Below are positions 1 through 13,828 of a stretch of DNA of 64,000 nt, in pieces; within the stretch, counting starts at the first letter, position 1; every line of letters starts with the position of its first letter. The notes under the pieces are model-generated. The model saw nothing but the letters and a program-made list of their open reading frames with translations. It searched no databases and was not told the origin of the DNA. This DNA is from Octopus bimaculoides (lineage: Eukaryota), in the NCBI RefSeq assembly GCF_001194135.2, contig NC_068984.1, positions 2,663,709-2,727,708 of the forward strand, in the 5' to 3' direction. The position numbers were made by a program, and so were the translations under genes.

Positions 1-770
1 TCAAAGCAGTCTATTTTGGACCAATAACCGGATTACTACCTCCAACTTTGAAGGGTATGCGTTGGCAATCCAGGAACAGGAAATATCAACCAAATACCTG
101 ACGCACAAAAGGGATAGAGATGCAGGAAAAGTAGTAAAGTATGACAACCCATGCAAACTTTGTGGAGTTCACACTAAAGATATCACCCACNNNNNNNNNN
201 NNNNNNNNNNNNNNNNNNNNNNNNNNNNNNNNNNNNNNNNNNNNNNNNNNNNNNNNNNNNNNNNNNNNNNNNNNNNNNNNNNNNNNNNNNNNNNNNNNNN
301 NNNNNNNNNNNNNNNNNNNNNNNNNNNNNNNNNNNNNNNNNNNNNNNNNNNNNNNNNNNNNNNNNNNNNNNNNNNNNNNNNNNNNNNNNNNNNNNNNNNN
401 NNNNNNNNNNNNNNNNNNNNNNNNNNNNNNNNNNNNNNNNNNNNNNNNNNNNNNNNNNNNNNNNNNNNNNNNNNNNNNNNNNNNNNNNNNNNNNNNNNNN
501 NNNNNNNNNNNNNNNNNNNNNNNNNNNNNNNNNNNNNNNNNNNNCAGGTTTATACCTGTAATTATTGGGGCCCTGGGATATGTAACACACTGACGAAATA
601 CCACTCTTGAGAAATTCGACTTCTCAAAACCAGAAAGGAGAAAGCTGATACGAAGACAACAGGTTCAATCCATCACTGGAACTGTAAAACTCTGTAAAAG
701 TTTCCAGAAGTTTATCATTTAAATATATATGAGCATGTCTAGATATGCAACTATATGCATGAGAATACAT
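1..770 (+). mobile_element. 3' part of an R4/Dong-type non-LTR retrotransposon (CCHC knuckle plus restriction-like endonuclease), interrupted by an N gap
   Basis: Translates to AIQEQEISTKY...DNPCKLCGVHTKDITH before the gap, then RFIPVIIGALGYVTH...SITGTVKLCKSFQKFII* after it. Bases 545-770 are closely similar to 47806-48030. Confidence 0.85.
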
Positions 771-999
771 ACATACATGCATACATACAAACTTACATAC
801 ATGCATTCATGCATACATACATACATACATACAAAGATACATACATACGTGCATGCATACAAGCGTGTATATATATATATATCCCAATATATGCGTCCAT
901 ATATCGGTGTGTGCTTGTGTGCCTATTTGTATGCGTGTGTATGTATGTTTCTTGAGTGTACATCTATCCTATAAGTCACCTTCTTTTATGAGCAATATA

Positions 1000-2983
1000 T
1001 ATAACTGTCAACTTTTGGAACACCATAAATAGAAATCATAGAGCTGAAGATTGGAAGAACAGCCGACAATCTTTCTCCATAAACACTTGACGATGCCAAT
1101 AAAAAGTGCCAAATGAAAATCATGCTTCCTTGGCAAAAACGGTTGCAACGAATCCTGCGAGAAGAAATCTGTCTCCAAAACAAACAAAAATGTCGATCAT
1201 AGTAAAAGACTTGAAAATGTTCAAAGTGAAATAAAACCATCTTGAAACAACGTATGAAAAAATGTAGCCAACATCTTCCAGAATATACGAAGCCACCATT
1301 TATCACTTTTCTCAAATTCAAAAGAATACATCCGTGCAATCCACCAGAACCGAAAAATTATTCGAAATAGAGAGGATACCAAGCAATGTGAGTATTTCTC
1401 TTTCTAAGATTCATTTTAGTAATATGTAAGGCGGCGAAGCTGCCAGAATCGTTAGCATACCGGAAAAATGTTCGGCGACATTTCGTCCGTGTTTAAATTA
1501 TGAGTTCAAATTCCGCCGAGGTCGACTTTGCCATTCATCTTTTCGGGGTCGGTACAATAAGTACCAGTTGAACACTGGGGTCAATGTAAGGGACTAATCC
1601 CCTCCCCCGAAATAGCTAGTCTTGTACCAACATTTGAAACCAATATTAGAAACATAAATAAAAGTACTAAAATATACGTAAATTCATGCAATTTTATCAA
1701 CGACGAGGTAAGATTCTGGCAACGCAATGAAATAAGCAAATCAGGTTGAAGGTTTCATCCTGCGTTGCTCTTATATAACATTAAAGGGAAATAATCAGTT
1801 TAACAGCTAACGCCAGATGTGGTCTGGTCAACCCACAGAAAAGTGAACAAGCGGCGGGTGGGGGTAGGGCGTTAAACAAACGTATTTTAGATACCATAAA
1901 CATAAATAAAAGACATAACAAAATGGAAACACAACAGTGTCAGTGTTCAGCGATTTAGCGATATCGAAGATAAATCTTAACACGAATTCATTCAGGTGGA
2001 TATCATAAAATACCGCTCATCCATTTCTAAAGTTTCTTTTCAAAGCTCCTAGAATCGGGAAAGTATGCTCCACCATAGTTAACACCGATATCAATATTAT
2101 AGCGAATGCGAGGAAGATGTTATTTTATGACAGTTTCTTCTGGGTTAAAAGACACAAAAATAAATTTATGCTTTCAATATTAGCTTTCAGTGGAACAGAT
2201 ATTTTGGATACGCTTGAATTATACATCATACACGCACCGAAAAAACAGAACGAGATCATCCAACATAGAACTTTACAGAGACAACGAAATTGTTGTATTC
2301 CACCACATAAGCGGACACGAAATAGACAGACTTAAGATAAAGATGGTTTGCATCATTAAAGAATTGAATTTAAATTTTCGATATAAACTAATTGGAAAAT
2401 AGCACATTTACTAGATGCAACACGAAGCCTAAACACTGGCAAGAACTGTTGCAACATTTAACCCCACACAGAAACGAACACAATGAAATATTCTGTCACC
2501 GGTTTACCATAATACAACATATTATACACGACATTAGCAGACAAATAACTAATTTATTATGGAACAGAAATATTTCCCTACACTAACTCGAAGGTTTATT
2601 ACAAGAAGAAATACATAGAACAACTGGCACTAAGCGATAACAACGTATTTTTAAAAATAACCTGATATAATAGATCTAACAGAGTACATTTGTTCAGAAA
2701 TATTACTAAAAAGAATTCTTCACTGTTGAATACGGATGTCACAAAATCTTCACCTATAAAAGTTGGAGCTGTGTGGATATTATAGAATTCCGAATCTATA
2801 ACCATAACCACTATTCTGTAAAATCTACAGAAACAGCGAAACCTGAATGCAACTGCAGAGATACGACTGGGTGAGTTTTGGATATAAATTGTCCGTCTAC
2901 GTTGACAGATTTAACTGCTTTAACTGGGTATGGATGTGATTATGTAAATATGTGTGTGTGTGTATGCATGTGTTCTTATATGC

Positions 2984-3020
<37 letters not shown>

Positions 3021-3570
3021 TTGATAAACATACATACATATATCATGTATGTATGTATTTCGGAGCTATCACTATTTAGCAAGTCACTTGATCTACGAGT
3101 GTTGAAAGTGAAGGAATCATATCCTGGAAGAACCAATTCCTCACAAAACAAAAAAAAAACCTCTGTCAAATTCACTTTTTCTCTTATTTCTTTCGGCATC
3201 AACACCTTCGTTGCACAATTGCATCATGGTTACTGACCAAGTTCCACAACACTGACCAGATGGCAGTTCTGCAATGAGATGTTACTCCACGAAATATATG
3301 GTTAATAAATAAAGGTAACAGCTTCTGTGTCATTCTAGTCGAGTAAAAGAGCTCTTTCACGTTATATATACACACATATACATCCATCCATTCATACATA
3401 AATACATACATACATACATACATGCATGCACACATATATACATATATGTGTGTGTGTGTGTGTGTGTGTTAATGTGAGCGTATGTGTGCGCGTGTATGCA
3501 TGTGTATAATTCAATCAAGTAACGACAGTAATCCAAGAGATCGATGCACAAACAATGGAAATACTTCTTC
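1000..3570 (+). mobile_element. Decayed, near full-length Penelope-like element (RT plus C-terminal GIY-YIG), interrupted by a SINE and microsatellites
   Basis: Frameshifted motifs in the expected order: YITLK..CGLVNPQKSE, FIQVDII..SSIS, ARKMLF..WVK..F..ILAFSG, LYRDN (YRDD-type), LLDATRSLNTG, SWSC..HN..CNCR (about 2860), and a GIY-YIG-like block at 3062-3360. The 1000-1390 and 3360-3570 parts are weaker. Confidence 0.7.
1430..1645 (+). mobile_element. SINE family 2 (tRNA-like head) inserted in the PLE
   Basis: GGCGGCGAAGCTGCCAGAATCGTTAGC head, B-box GAGTTCAAATTCC, and central GAGGTCGACTTTGCCATTCATCTTTTCGGGGTCG. Similar to 32290-32503 and 63681-64000. Confidence 0.85.
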
Positions 3571-3659
3571 ACATTTATTGTCTTCCTAAAATCCAGCCCA
3601 AATCTCATCAGGAGGACGTCTTCAGAGCAGAAAGGACATACACACACATATACTTGCAT

Positions 3660-4030
<371 letters not shown>

Positions 4031-4499
4031 CATGTATATATAACCGACAAGCTCCATTGAGAAAATGTATCATAAAACTTCCCGTTGGTCCATAAACGCT
4101 CATATTTTCAATTATTTTACTAAAATTCAAGTATGTTTCTATTTATCGATCACAATATGATGGCTATTTGCACTTTATGGTGTATGAAATGCTTGGCTTC
4201 TTACTCTTTCAATGTTTAGTTTTGCTGCTATAAACGTGTTCTTCCTACTCACCATATCCCGTTGATAACAATCGACAATAATATGGACACATATGTTAGA
4301 CATTATTATGTATGGTTTGTGTCTTTTTTTTATCTTTCTGAAAGCTCTATAAATATTATCTGCTGTGTTCGTTGTTTTGCTGTTTCAGCAACACATTATG
4401 CAAACAGAAGCTAGTTTGATAAACGAGTTTACTTTCAGGTTCAGCTAACGATGTCAGGTCAATTGAGCTTACGTTTGATTTCCAGTTTTATATTTTGAA

Positions 4500-4645
4500 T
4501 CCACAAATTGATGTTGGTCTCGTTACTGCCTTTCATCCTGCCAGCTTCGATAAAGTAAGTACCATTACCATAATAGCGTTACATCATTCGACAATAACTC
4601 CAGTAACTCGTAAAAACTGGTAACCTTGTACCAGGGATATAAATC
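4500..4645 (+). mobile_element. Degraded SINE family 2 fragment
   Basis: GCCTTTCATCCT...CGATAAAGTAAGTACCA central module and a CCTTGTACC tail remnant. Confidence 0.4.
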
Positions 4646-5035
4646 ATAGTTGGTTTACAATTAGACTTTTGTAGTTTCATAGAAGAAAATTGCCAATACT
4701 AAACAACGATCTCAAATTGTAGATCAGTAATTATTTTGTCGTTTAGCATTCTCTGACAGACTGCAATAGCAAAACTTTGTCAAACTTCTTATTATGTTCA
4801 ATATTAAGTCTGCATATACAATATATAATCACACGAAGATTATGTTTAACAGTTCATGTTAATCTTAATTAATCTGAATGCGATTAGCGCAAATTTAACA
4901 GCATTAAATACAAAACGGCTGCAAGAAAAATTACAGTTTTATTTCTATTTAAAGATTTTCTTTTGTTGCTGAAATAAGTAAGGAAGTCTTGAATAAGTTC
5001 TGGGTCAACAATATAAGTCAGGTTGATAGTATTTA

Positions 5036-5110
<75 letters not shown>

Positions 5111-5357
5111 ATATCTATCTGTCTATCTTCAAAAATATTGTCTGTTTGTCTCTCTCTGCATACACACACATACACACACACACTCTCTCTCTCTCTCTCT
5201 CTCTCATACACATACGAATACAAACACACGAACACACACAGACATATATATATGCACGTTGCATATATGTAGNNNNNNNNNNCTATCTATCTATCTATTT
5301 GTGTGTGTATGTATGTATGTATGTATGTATGTATGTATGTATGTATGTATGTATATA

Positions 5358-5430
5358 AATAACAATACAAAGCTGACTCTTTACAAATCATTTGTCTTAC
5401 CATGCCTGTTGTATTCTTGTGAAACATGTC
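5358..5430 (+). mobile_element. Tiny RTE-type LINE RT fragment
   Basis: TKLTLYKSFVLPCLLYSCET matches the RTE motif TKL.LY...VLP.LLYG.ETW. Confidence 0.4.
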
Positions 5431-5993
5431 TAGCTATCTATCTAGCTAGCTAGCTATTTGTCTGTCTTTTGATTCAATCCTTTGCTACTCGGAGTTTCTC
5501 GCTATTGAAATATATGCTTTGAAATATATTTATTGACCTCGACATTATTAAGAAAGTTACCGTCAAAACTGCCTTTTTTGTGCTTTGTATGTGTTCTAAT
5601 AATGTCCTGTGCTCTGCATTCCATCAATGTTTCTAATTTCTTGGAGATCAGACTTCGGTCCTGGCCTACGCTTTAATGCTTCTTACAAGGCCCCCTGTGT
5701 TCGGTTTTGTTCCGCACACTCCCACTCCTACGCATCAACTATTTACTTGCTGTCGTCATCAATACTGTCCTCTCCTATACAGATGGTAGTACTCTTCAGT
5801 AGATCCTAAACAACTGCACCCGAAGATTCCTCTCCATAGAAGTTAGACATCGTGCTTGCAATCTACGCTAGTTCTATACTCAAAGACCTCCAAAACATCC
5901 TTCAGTGAGATTAAATCAAGCCTCTCGCCTTCAACAACAAAAATTGCATCGACGAAACATTATCGCAGCTCCCCTCCAACTTAAACATGTCCA

Positions 5994-6428
5994 GCCTTGT
6001 GAGTGGATTTGGTAGACGGAAACTGAAAGAAACCCGTTGTATTTATATATTTATGTATTATATATNNNNNNNNNNNNNNNNNNNNNNNNNNNNNNNNNNN
6101 NNNNNNNNNNNNNNNNNNNNNNNNNNNNNNNNNNNNNNNNNNNNNNNNNNNNNNNNNNNNNNNNNNNNNNNNNNNNNNNNNNNNNNNNNNNNNNNNNNNN
6201 NNNNNNNNNNNNNNNNNNNNNNNNNNNNNNNNNNNNNNNNNNNNNNNNNNNNNNNNNNNNNNNNNNNNNNNNNNNNNNNNNNNNNNNNNTGCATGTATAT
6301 ATCTGTATATATGTATGTATTTGTGTGTCTGTGTTTGTCTCCGCACCATCACTTGACAATCGATGTTGGTGTGTTTACGCCTCCGTAACTTAGCGGTTCG
6401 GCAAAAGAGACCGATAGAATAATTACTG
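5994..6428 (+). mobile_element. SINE family 1, partial, with an N gap inside its internal microsatellite
   Basis: GCCTTGTGAGTGGATTTGGTAGACGGAAACTGAAAGAA...CGTAACTTAGCGGTTCGGCAAAAGAGACCGATAGAATA matches 43710-44100. Confidence 0.9.
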
Positions 6429-6629
6429 CTTTGAGATGTTCACTCTGAGATAAAGAACTATTTTGAAAAGTGGAGATAAAACAACAGAAATGAAGAAAAT
6501 GTCTTGAATATTTAAATGTTTGAGAGACAAGGTAAAGAAATACAGAGTCGCAGACAAAGGAAATGTTTATAAGATTAAGTTAAAATAAAAGAAATTTTCA
6601 AGACAGACGGTTATTCTGGTATTTGCTAT

Positions 6630-6885
6630 TGTTCAGCATTGATAAAACAGACATAAAAGCGTTCCATCCGTGACTATATTTAGATATAGTGGTGTCCAGA
6701 ACTACATTATCCAATGTCACCTTTTATTAAAAGGCTGTAGAAGTGTAATTTGAAAGAGACAGAGAGAGAGAGAAAGAGGGAGGGAAAGAGTGACAGTGAG
6801 AGAAAGAAAGAGAGCGAGAAAGAGAGGGAGAGGAGAGAGAGATTTAACTGCTTTTTTGTTAGCTGGTCGAGTGGCCATATGATGT
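6630..6885 (+). repeat. Unclassified dispersed repeat, with related pieces near 19340-19400 (-), 31570-31640 (-) and 36500-36530
   Basis: Shared GCGTTCCA.C.GTGAC.AT, AACTACA and GATTT..CT.CT.TT..TAG..GGT.GA motifs, aligned by eye. Confidence 0.35.
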
Positions 6886-7399
6886 TTGTCCTGTTAACCC
6901 TGTAAAATATAGAGTTCTTTGTATAGGTATTTATATATGAGGTGATCCGAAAAGGAAGTAACTATTTGTTGGGGTAAACAATTGGCAATAATAGCAAATA
7001 TCGAAGACTTGGCGGCGAGGAGACCATTAAATCATGACCAGTGTCTTGTGAGTGGTGGGTGTCTATCGTAGTTATAGACAATGGCAGATTAATAGATTTA
7101 TAGCTTGAAGGAATCAACGACCTGTTGGGAAATTAACGAAGAATTGATATTCATGAAACATATGTTGAGTGTTTCTAAAGAAGAACGAATTAAGTTGTCA
7201 GTAATTTAGTTCTTAAATTCCGGTTTTAAACAGTTCACTTCTAAGACGAGAATGACACAAATGACATCAGATTCCCATTCATTAAGAAACCTTACAAAGA
7301 CTCACGGAAAACATTCTACAGAGAAATAAGCGGGAAAACACTCTAGCTTATTCTCTCGGATAAACAAAAGTCTGCACACATCTGCATATATATACTTGT

Positions 7400-7548
<149 letters not shown>

Positions 7549-8499
7549 TATGTACTTATGTATACATCTGTACATATATGTGCATATTGATTATTAGAGA
7601 ACAGGAGACACGATTATAGAAGTAATTTGAGAAACGTAATAAATTACATTTATATTCAATATTATTATAAAAGGCCGAGAATTTTATGGACAAATAACAA
7701 TTTGGTTTTTCTCTGCTGAATAGTCCGTAATTATCTGTGATTTCAGAGATGATACGAGAAATGGTTTTGAATAAATAATTAGTTGTTTAAACGATGAGGA
7801 CATTCTCAACGAGGATTTCCCACTTCTCTGTTTTAGCTGCAGACATAATGTGTTAGTGTTTGTAATATTGATAATGACTGTATTCCGTCCGGTTGGTATC
7901 TTGGCTGGGAGAGATTTCAATTATAACGGACTCTTGTTTGTAATTGGAGAGGCATTTCACTGGGAGATAGCAAAACAAACAAACAAACAAAAAAACAACA
8001 GTAAACATGCATAACGATAATCTGTCCACACAACTCAGGCATCTGACACACACATACTGGCATACAGACAGACAGACAGACACACACACACACACACACA
8101 CATAAACGTACGTGTGTGTGCGTAGACATATCTCGTCTAAATGTGTGTCGGTTGTTGCTGTTTCTGTTGCGAAACACCAAAGTTCTCAACACACTATCGT
8201 GGAAGTCTCGTAAACTGTTGTGAATATGTTTATAGCCCCTAGCTACTTCTCTATCGGTTTTAAATCAATTTCAGGCCTTTGGACATATTAACCCACACCA
8301 AACTTTCGAAGTGGTTCAAAAGCCACCGCATAATTAGATATATATGCAGTGAAACTTTAGAAACACTCTCTCGCTTTTCTTCTTTTTCTGCCTTCATTTT
8401 ATGGACAACAAACCAATTCAATTCTTTAAATTATTTTTCCCGTACAAAGTTGTTTTGAAAGTTTTAGTGCTCCTAACAATATTGTCAAGACCTCTATAA

Positions 8500-9000
8500 G
8501 CTTCCTCTTCACCACATCTTGTTACTCTTCGCATTCAAGATTCTTCTCAGCATTTCTCAGCCCCTCAATCACATCCACCTTGTTGTACGTGCACCTATCC
8601 AGCTGACTTTCCTTCATTGCATTCAACAGCATTACCAACATTCGCACCATCTTTGATCAGCTTTTTTGTGCGCGCAGCAAATGGAATAATTACGGTTCTG
8701 CCGTTAGTTTCCACCATACAGAATTTCATCTCACATCCTAAATCCCTACCCTTCGACTTAACTCTACATCACTATTTATATTCTCATTTCTCTTCCTACT
8801 CCAAAGCAATAAAACAATTATTTTCCACCGCCATAGAAATTCATTACCTTACGAGAACTCTCCTGTTTTCCGATATGTGCATAACACTTGTCTATCAGCG
8901 CCATTGCGTTATTAGATTTTACTTCAGACGCGTAAAGTATTGCGCATTCCTCGTATTCAAAATAAAAAGAAACAGAGTATCAAGTGAAAGCGAGTGCCGA
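8500..9000 (-). mobile_element. Possible highly degraded RTE LINE remnant
   Basis: Weak translated similarity only: ECAILYASE resembles AMLYGSET, and MRRVTRCGEEE resembles IRCGVQER. Confidence 0.25.
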
Positions 9001-9600
9001 ACGGCAAAAAGGAGTTTTAATGGGTTTAAAAGAAAATCGTGATGTGGGAAAAGAAAAAAGTCAATCATATTACAGAAATTCTAAATCTTAGAATAGTTTT
9101 TTTTACATGTTTCAGTCATTAAACTGCGGCTATATGGTTTTTTTCAGATTTCATGTGATCTGACACTTTGTGAGAAATGATTTTGTTCATCTTCGTAGAT
9201 TGACTTCAATTGCTGTTTAATGTTAATTTCGGGGATTCAGACAGTTTCAGAAGCAGAAATATTCTGCTACAGAGATGTTTTCTATCTTGCTTTGACGAAA
9301 GTTTAACACAAATTTCTTCTTATTTGTGATTACCATAAAGTTGAATTACTACCCAAAGACAGACATACATATTCATACACACGCACACACACACACACAC
9401 ATACGCACACAGACACACACGCGCGCACACACAGACACACACTGATTTTCTTACAGTTAAATACATAGGTACAAAAGATGGTCGAAAAATAGCACTCGGA
9501 GGTAGAGTAAAGTACTGTTTACTTAAAAACGAAAAAAAATCAGAAACTGTTATGCAGTTTCACGTAACTATTCATCAGGCAACTGTGATAATACTGACTA

Positions 9601-9656
<56 letters not shown>

Positions 9657-9672
9657 NNNNNNNNNNNNNNNN

Positions 9673-9710
<38 letters not shown>

Positions 9711-9759
9711 CATACATATATATACACACGCACACACACATATATGTATGTATATATAT

Positions 9760-10018
9760 ATGAATGAGAAGAGGAAAATGGAGAAATTGACATATAGATA
9801 TCAGTTTATTCAAAGATATTCAAATCCATGTAATATGAAATTCTTATCCCTACAGCCGTTTCCATTTCCAATTAATTCAATTAGAGAAATTAAATTAAAT
9901 TAATGTCAAATTTTCATATTGCAAGGATAAGTATTTCATATTATATTGATTTGAATATCTTTGAATAAATTGCTGTCTATATGTCAATTTTTCAATTTTT
10001 ATTCTTTTTCTCATTCAT
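9760..10018. repeat. Fold-back palindrome P1 (arms about 95 bp, spacer about 60 bp)
   Basis: ATGAATGAGAA..ATTGACATATAGA..TTTATTCAAAGATATTCAAATC..TAATATGAAAT.CTTATCC at 9760-9855 is the reverse complement of 9918-10018. Confidence 0.9.
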
Positions 10019-10610
10019 AAATATTGTAAATACCCGTGGCCATCAATGCATTGAAAACGTATTTAATTTTTCACAGAACACTGGTAAAAACCGGAGAACT
10101 AGGATGCAAACATCCCTTTAAAAATATAGGTCCTTGGCAGGATTAAATTTATATATATATTTCCTGATATTAATAATAGTATGTTATAACATATATATAT
10201 ATACATACACACATACGTTTATGCATAAGATGAACTGAGGGACGGTGCAGAAACAGGACAATGACATACATTTGGGAGACAGCACGGCCAATAGGTGAGC
10301 GGCGAGGTGAACAATGGCAGGAGCTCAAGGAGGGGAAAAGCTCGTCAGTGTTCTATGAACATGCTCAATTAATAACATAGATGTTAAGTTATTAAATCAT
10401 AGTAAAGACACAACACTTAGACAATTTACAGAGGCCACATACATAGTAATATATATACCAAGACATAATAGAAAACATGAATGGAATACTAACAATCTCC
10501 ACTTCACCGCATTACGGAATCTGACGACGAAAGACAGTGTGAGCAGAAAAAAATAAAGACAAGAACACAAACAGTATAATACATAAATCCACACACACAT
10601 AATGAATATG

Positions 10611-10644
10611 TGACCGCAGCCACTTGGCTGAAACACATAAATAA

Positions 10645-10650
<6 letters not shown>
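10611..10650 (+). mobile_element. Isolated CR1/SINE1-type 3' terminal stem-loop with (TAAA)n tail
   Basis: TGACCGCAGCCACTTGGCTGAAAC-ACATAAATAAATAAAT parallels the CR1 end at 57881-57925 and the SINE1 end. Confidence 0.55.
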
Positions 10651-10690
<40 letters not shown>

Positions 10691-11229
10691 GTAGATATGT
10701 ATATAATTATAGGTAAATCGTTTTTAAGCTAACAGTATATGAACGTGCAGATACGTTCATACATTGGACATGCATATACATCGATATATCGAACATATAT
10801 ATGCATAAACATACGTAATCTCGTTATATACATTAGAGATTGGCTATATGTAAATGACCAGATTATATTTGTACGACACGAAATTTCCGTCAAAAACAGC
10901 AACAACAGTAACAAAAACAGCAACAATCCCTTCATGAAATCTGCAACAACAAGAACAACTTTAACGCCTAAAATTAGGCATTCAAAAATTGTCTTATTCA
11001 ATTTGGGAGAAGATATTTCCAAACTAAAACCAAAATATATTCCACTGGAATTGGAGTTGTAGAATTGAATTGTGGCGTTTATTTATTGTATTATTTTCTT
11101 TGTTTTTTAGGGAAAGACATTTTTTCTTCGTAAATCAATTTTTTTGTTAGAAAACTATATTTAGGTGAATATTGATAATATTAACAAGTTTTCTATGATA
11201 GACATTTGAGAAATTATGAATGTTAGTGA

Positions 11230-11580
11230 ACAAAATGTAAAGGAAAAGATATGTGTGTGTGTGTGTTTATGTGTGTGTGTGTTTATGTGTGTGTGTGTGT
11301 TTGTGTGTTTGTATGTGTGTGTTTATGTGTGTGTTTATGTGTGTGTTTATGTGTGTATGTGTGTGTGTGGGTTTGTGTGTGTGTGTGTGTTTATGTGTGT
11401 GTGCTTGTGTATGCGTTTGCGTCTGCATGTATTTATGCGTGCTTGCGTGTGAGTGTTTGTGTGTGTGTGTATGTGTGTGTGTGTGTGTGTTTGTGTGTTT
11501 GTACGTGTGCGTGCGTGTATGTGTATTTATGTGTGTGCGCGTGTGTGTGTTTGTGTGTGTGTGCACGCGTGCGTGTGTAT
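11230..11580. repeat. Degenerate (TG)n/(TGTGTTTA)n tract
   Basis: Read directly from the sequence. Confidence 0.9.
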
Positions 11581-11600
11581 GGCATATTTTACTTCTGTTA

Positions 11601-11988
11601 TCTTTTACTTGTTTCAGTCATTAGACCACGGCCATGCTGGGGCACCGCGTTCAAGAGTCTTAGTCGAACGAATCGACTTCAGTACTTATTATAAAAAAAA
11701 CCGGTACTAACTCTATTGATCATTTCTACCGAACCGCTAAGTTACGGGGTGTAAATACATCAACACCGGTTGTCAAGCGGTGATGGGGATAAACAAAAAG
11801 ACACATACGCACGCACGCACGCACACACACACACACACACGTACATATACACGACGGGCTTCTTTCAGTTTCCGTCTTCCAAATCCACTCACAAGTCTTT
11901 GATCGGTCGAGGTTATAGTGGAAGACCTTTGCCCAAAGTGTCATGCAATGGGAGGACTGAACCCGAGACCATGTAGTTGGGAAGCAAC
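11601..11988 (-). mobile_element. SINE family 1
   Basis: Reverse complement of the family consensus, from the tail GACTGAAACAAGTAAAAGA to the B-box GGTTCAGTCC. Confidence 0.9.
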
Positions 11989-12329
11989 TAAGCCCAAAGT
12001 TGAGACCAGTTTATTGACAAGCTTTGAGTGAATATTATTTATGAAGAACTCAAGCCATTCTTTCATTCTTCGATTTCATTCTGGAGTTAAAACGATCGCA
12101 CTACAAACAGTCAATAATTTTGATGGAGTCACACGTTTAACAAGAATCTAACCTCTCCAACCAACGAGAGAACATGTTTCTCGATGAAATGTGTTATATA
12201 GTTTATCTTCTTTTGTGAGAAGCTGTTTACTTGACAAATAATTTGAGCAAAATAAAAATGAACCATTCTGCAAAATAATCCTGCCCACGGCAGGAAAATG
12301 TCTTGCCAAATCTCTATCCTATACATAAA

Positions 12330-12720
12330 TAAAATTTCTTTATTTTAGTCTCTTGGACTGACTTATCTCTGCATCTATCACGAAACTACTCTTAACACTT
12401 ATTTTAAATTCTTCTAAGTTTGTCAGTGTCTGCCATTCTCTTGGAGAAATCCGATGTTATCATTTTTAGATTTTGGGTGGTATCGGCTTGAATTTGTTAA
12501 TTCTCTTTAATCACTCTTCGCTATTCATTTTCCTATCTCGCCCAGCTTTAACCAGATTACAATATTTTCTTCGGTTGTTCTTGTATTTCATTTCTGTTAA
12601 TGTTTCATATCCATCGTGTGTTACCTGCATTTTAATAACTAATCTCATCTTCTGTGTGTGTCAACTGGAATCATTTTAACCATTTTCAGTCTGTTGAATA
12701 ACCCTTATAGCACCGATGGC
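12330..12720 (-). mobile_element. Possible degraded LINE (region between endonuclease and RT)
   Basis: Weak: KYKNNRRKYCNLVKAG-like segment with Lys-rich composition. Confidence 0.25.
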
Positions 12721-13056
12721 CATCTTTAAGGATAACAAAAGACAGCCTACAGATTGGAGAAGGAAGTGGCGACGGCTTTTATTAAGGTTGGCCAGATATT
12801 TTTCTTCAAACTCAAAACGTGTTATCTCAAAGATTTAAAATACTGTACACACACACACAGAGACAGTCTGACAGACACACACACACACACGCACACACAC
12901 ACACACACACACNNNNNNNNNNNNNNNNNNNNNNNNNNNNNNNNNNNNNNNNNNNNNNNNNNNNNNNNNNNNNNNNNNNNNNNNNNNNNNNNNNNNNNNN
13001 NNNNNNNNNNNNNNNNNNNNNNNNNNNNNNNNNNNNNNNNNNNNNNNNNNNNNNNN

Positions 13057-13106
<50 letters not shown>

Positions 13107-13544
13107 AGAAGAACAACAACAACAAGTGTGTCTCATTTAGACAGTCAAAGTAGGCTGAAGTTATATATATATATATATACATGTTATTATAAATAGTACA
13201 TTTACATGTATATATCCCACTTTATAAGTAACTAGTAGAGACAAGTTGCTCCAGACTGGTATATTTGCTGAATGCCTGAGTTGCGTACATATTACTACAA
13301 ACAGCATTTTCCCATTTGCATTATACAAAAATTGTGTTCATATCGTATATACAAGTTACTAAAGACACGTATATATTCCCACTACACATGAACTATAGCC
13401 CAGTTACTATTGATACCATGTCCCCTTTCTATGTAAACATGACTATAGATTATAGTGGTCCACGAATCCCTGGTGGTCCGCAAAGGTAGTACTGGTGTCC
13501 GTGAACAAAATTCAAACTTTCATATATATATATATACACGATGG

Positions 13545-13612
13545 GCTTCTTTCAGTTTCTATGCACCTAGTCCACTCACAAGGCTTTGGTTGGTCCGACG
13601 ATATCTAAGCTA
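13545..13612 (-). mobile_element. SINE family 1 fragment
   Basis: ACGATGGGCTTCTTTCAGTTTC..CCACTCACAAGGCTTTGGTTGGTCCGA. Confidence 0.8.
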
Positions 13613-13828
13613 CCAGAAAATGGAGTGGTCTGAACTAAAGGGACATTATTTTCTGAAGCATTTTGCTTGAGAAATGTTGGAAAGGAAGATTCGATATAAA
13701 TACAAGAAAATCTTTGAGGGACTATTTATTTGAAAAGAGAAAAAAACACTCAATACATGTAACGGTTTTATTTATTCAATGGTGCACACGCACTCAAACG
13801 AGAAACTTGAATAATAATGAGTTTATCC

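Noticed and set aside
3300-3350. Selenocysteine (in-frame TGA) in the PLE zinc motif
   Set aside because: There is no TGA at the expected Cys position. Stops in both PLE relics are scattered, as expected from decay.
4252-4337. Minus-strand exon ending ATG|GTGAGT (KIKKRHKPYIIMSNICVHIIVDCYQRDM)
   Set aside because: The donor is good, but the acceptor has little pyrimidine tract and the composition looks intronic.
9545-9590. Hammerhead on the minus strand (CTGATGA...GAAAC)
   Set aside because: The core is canonical, but stem II does not pair and no stem I forms after any candidate triplet.
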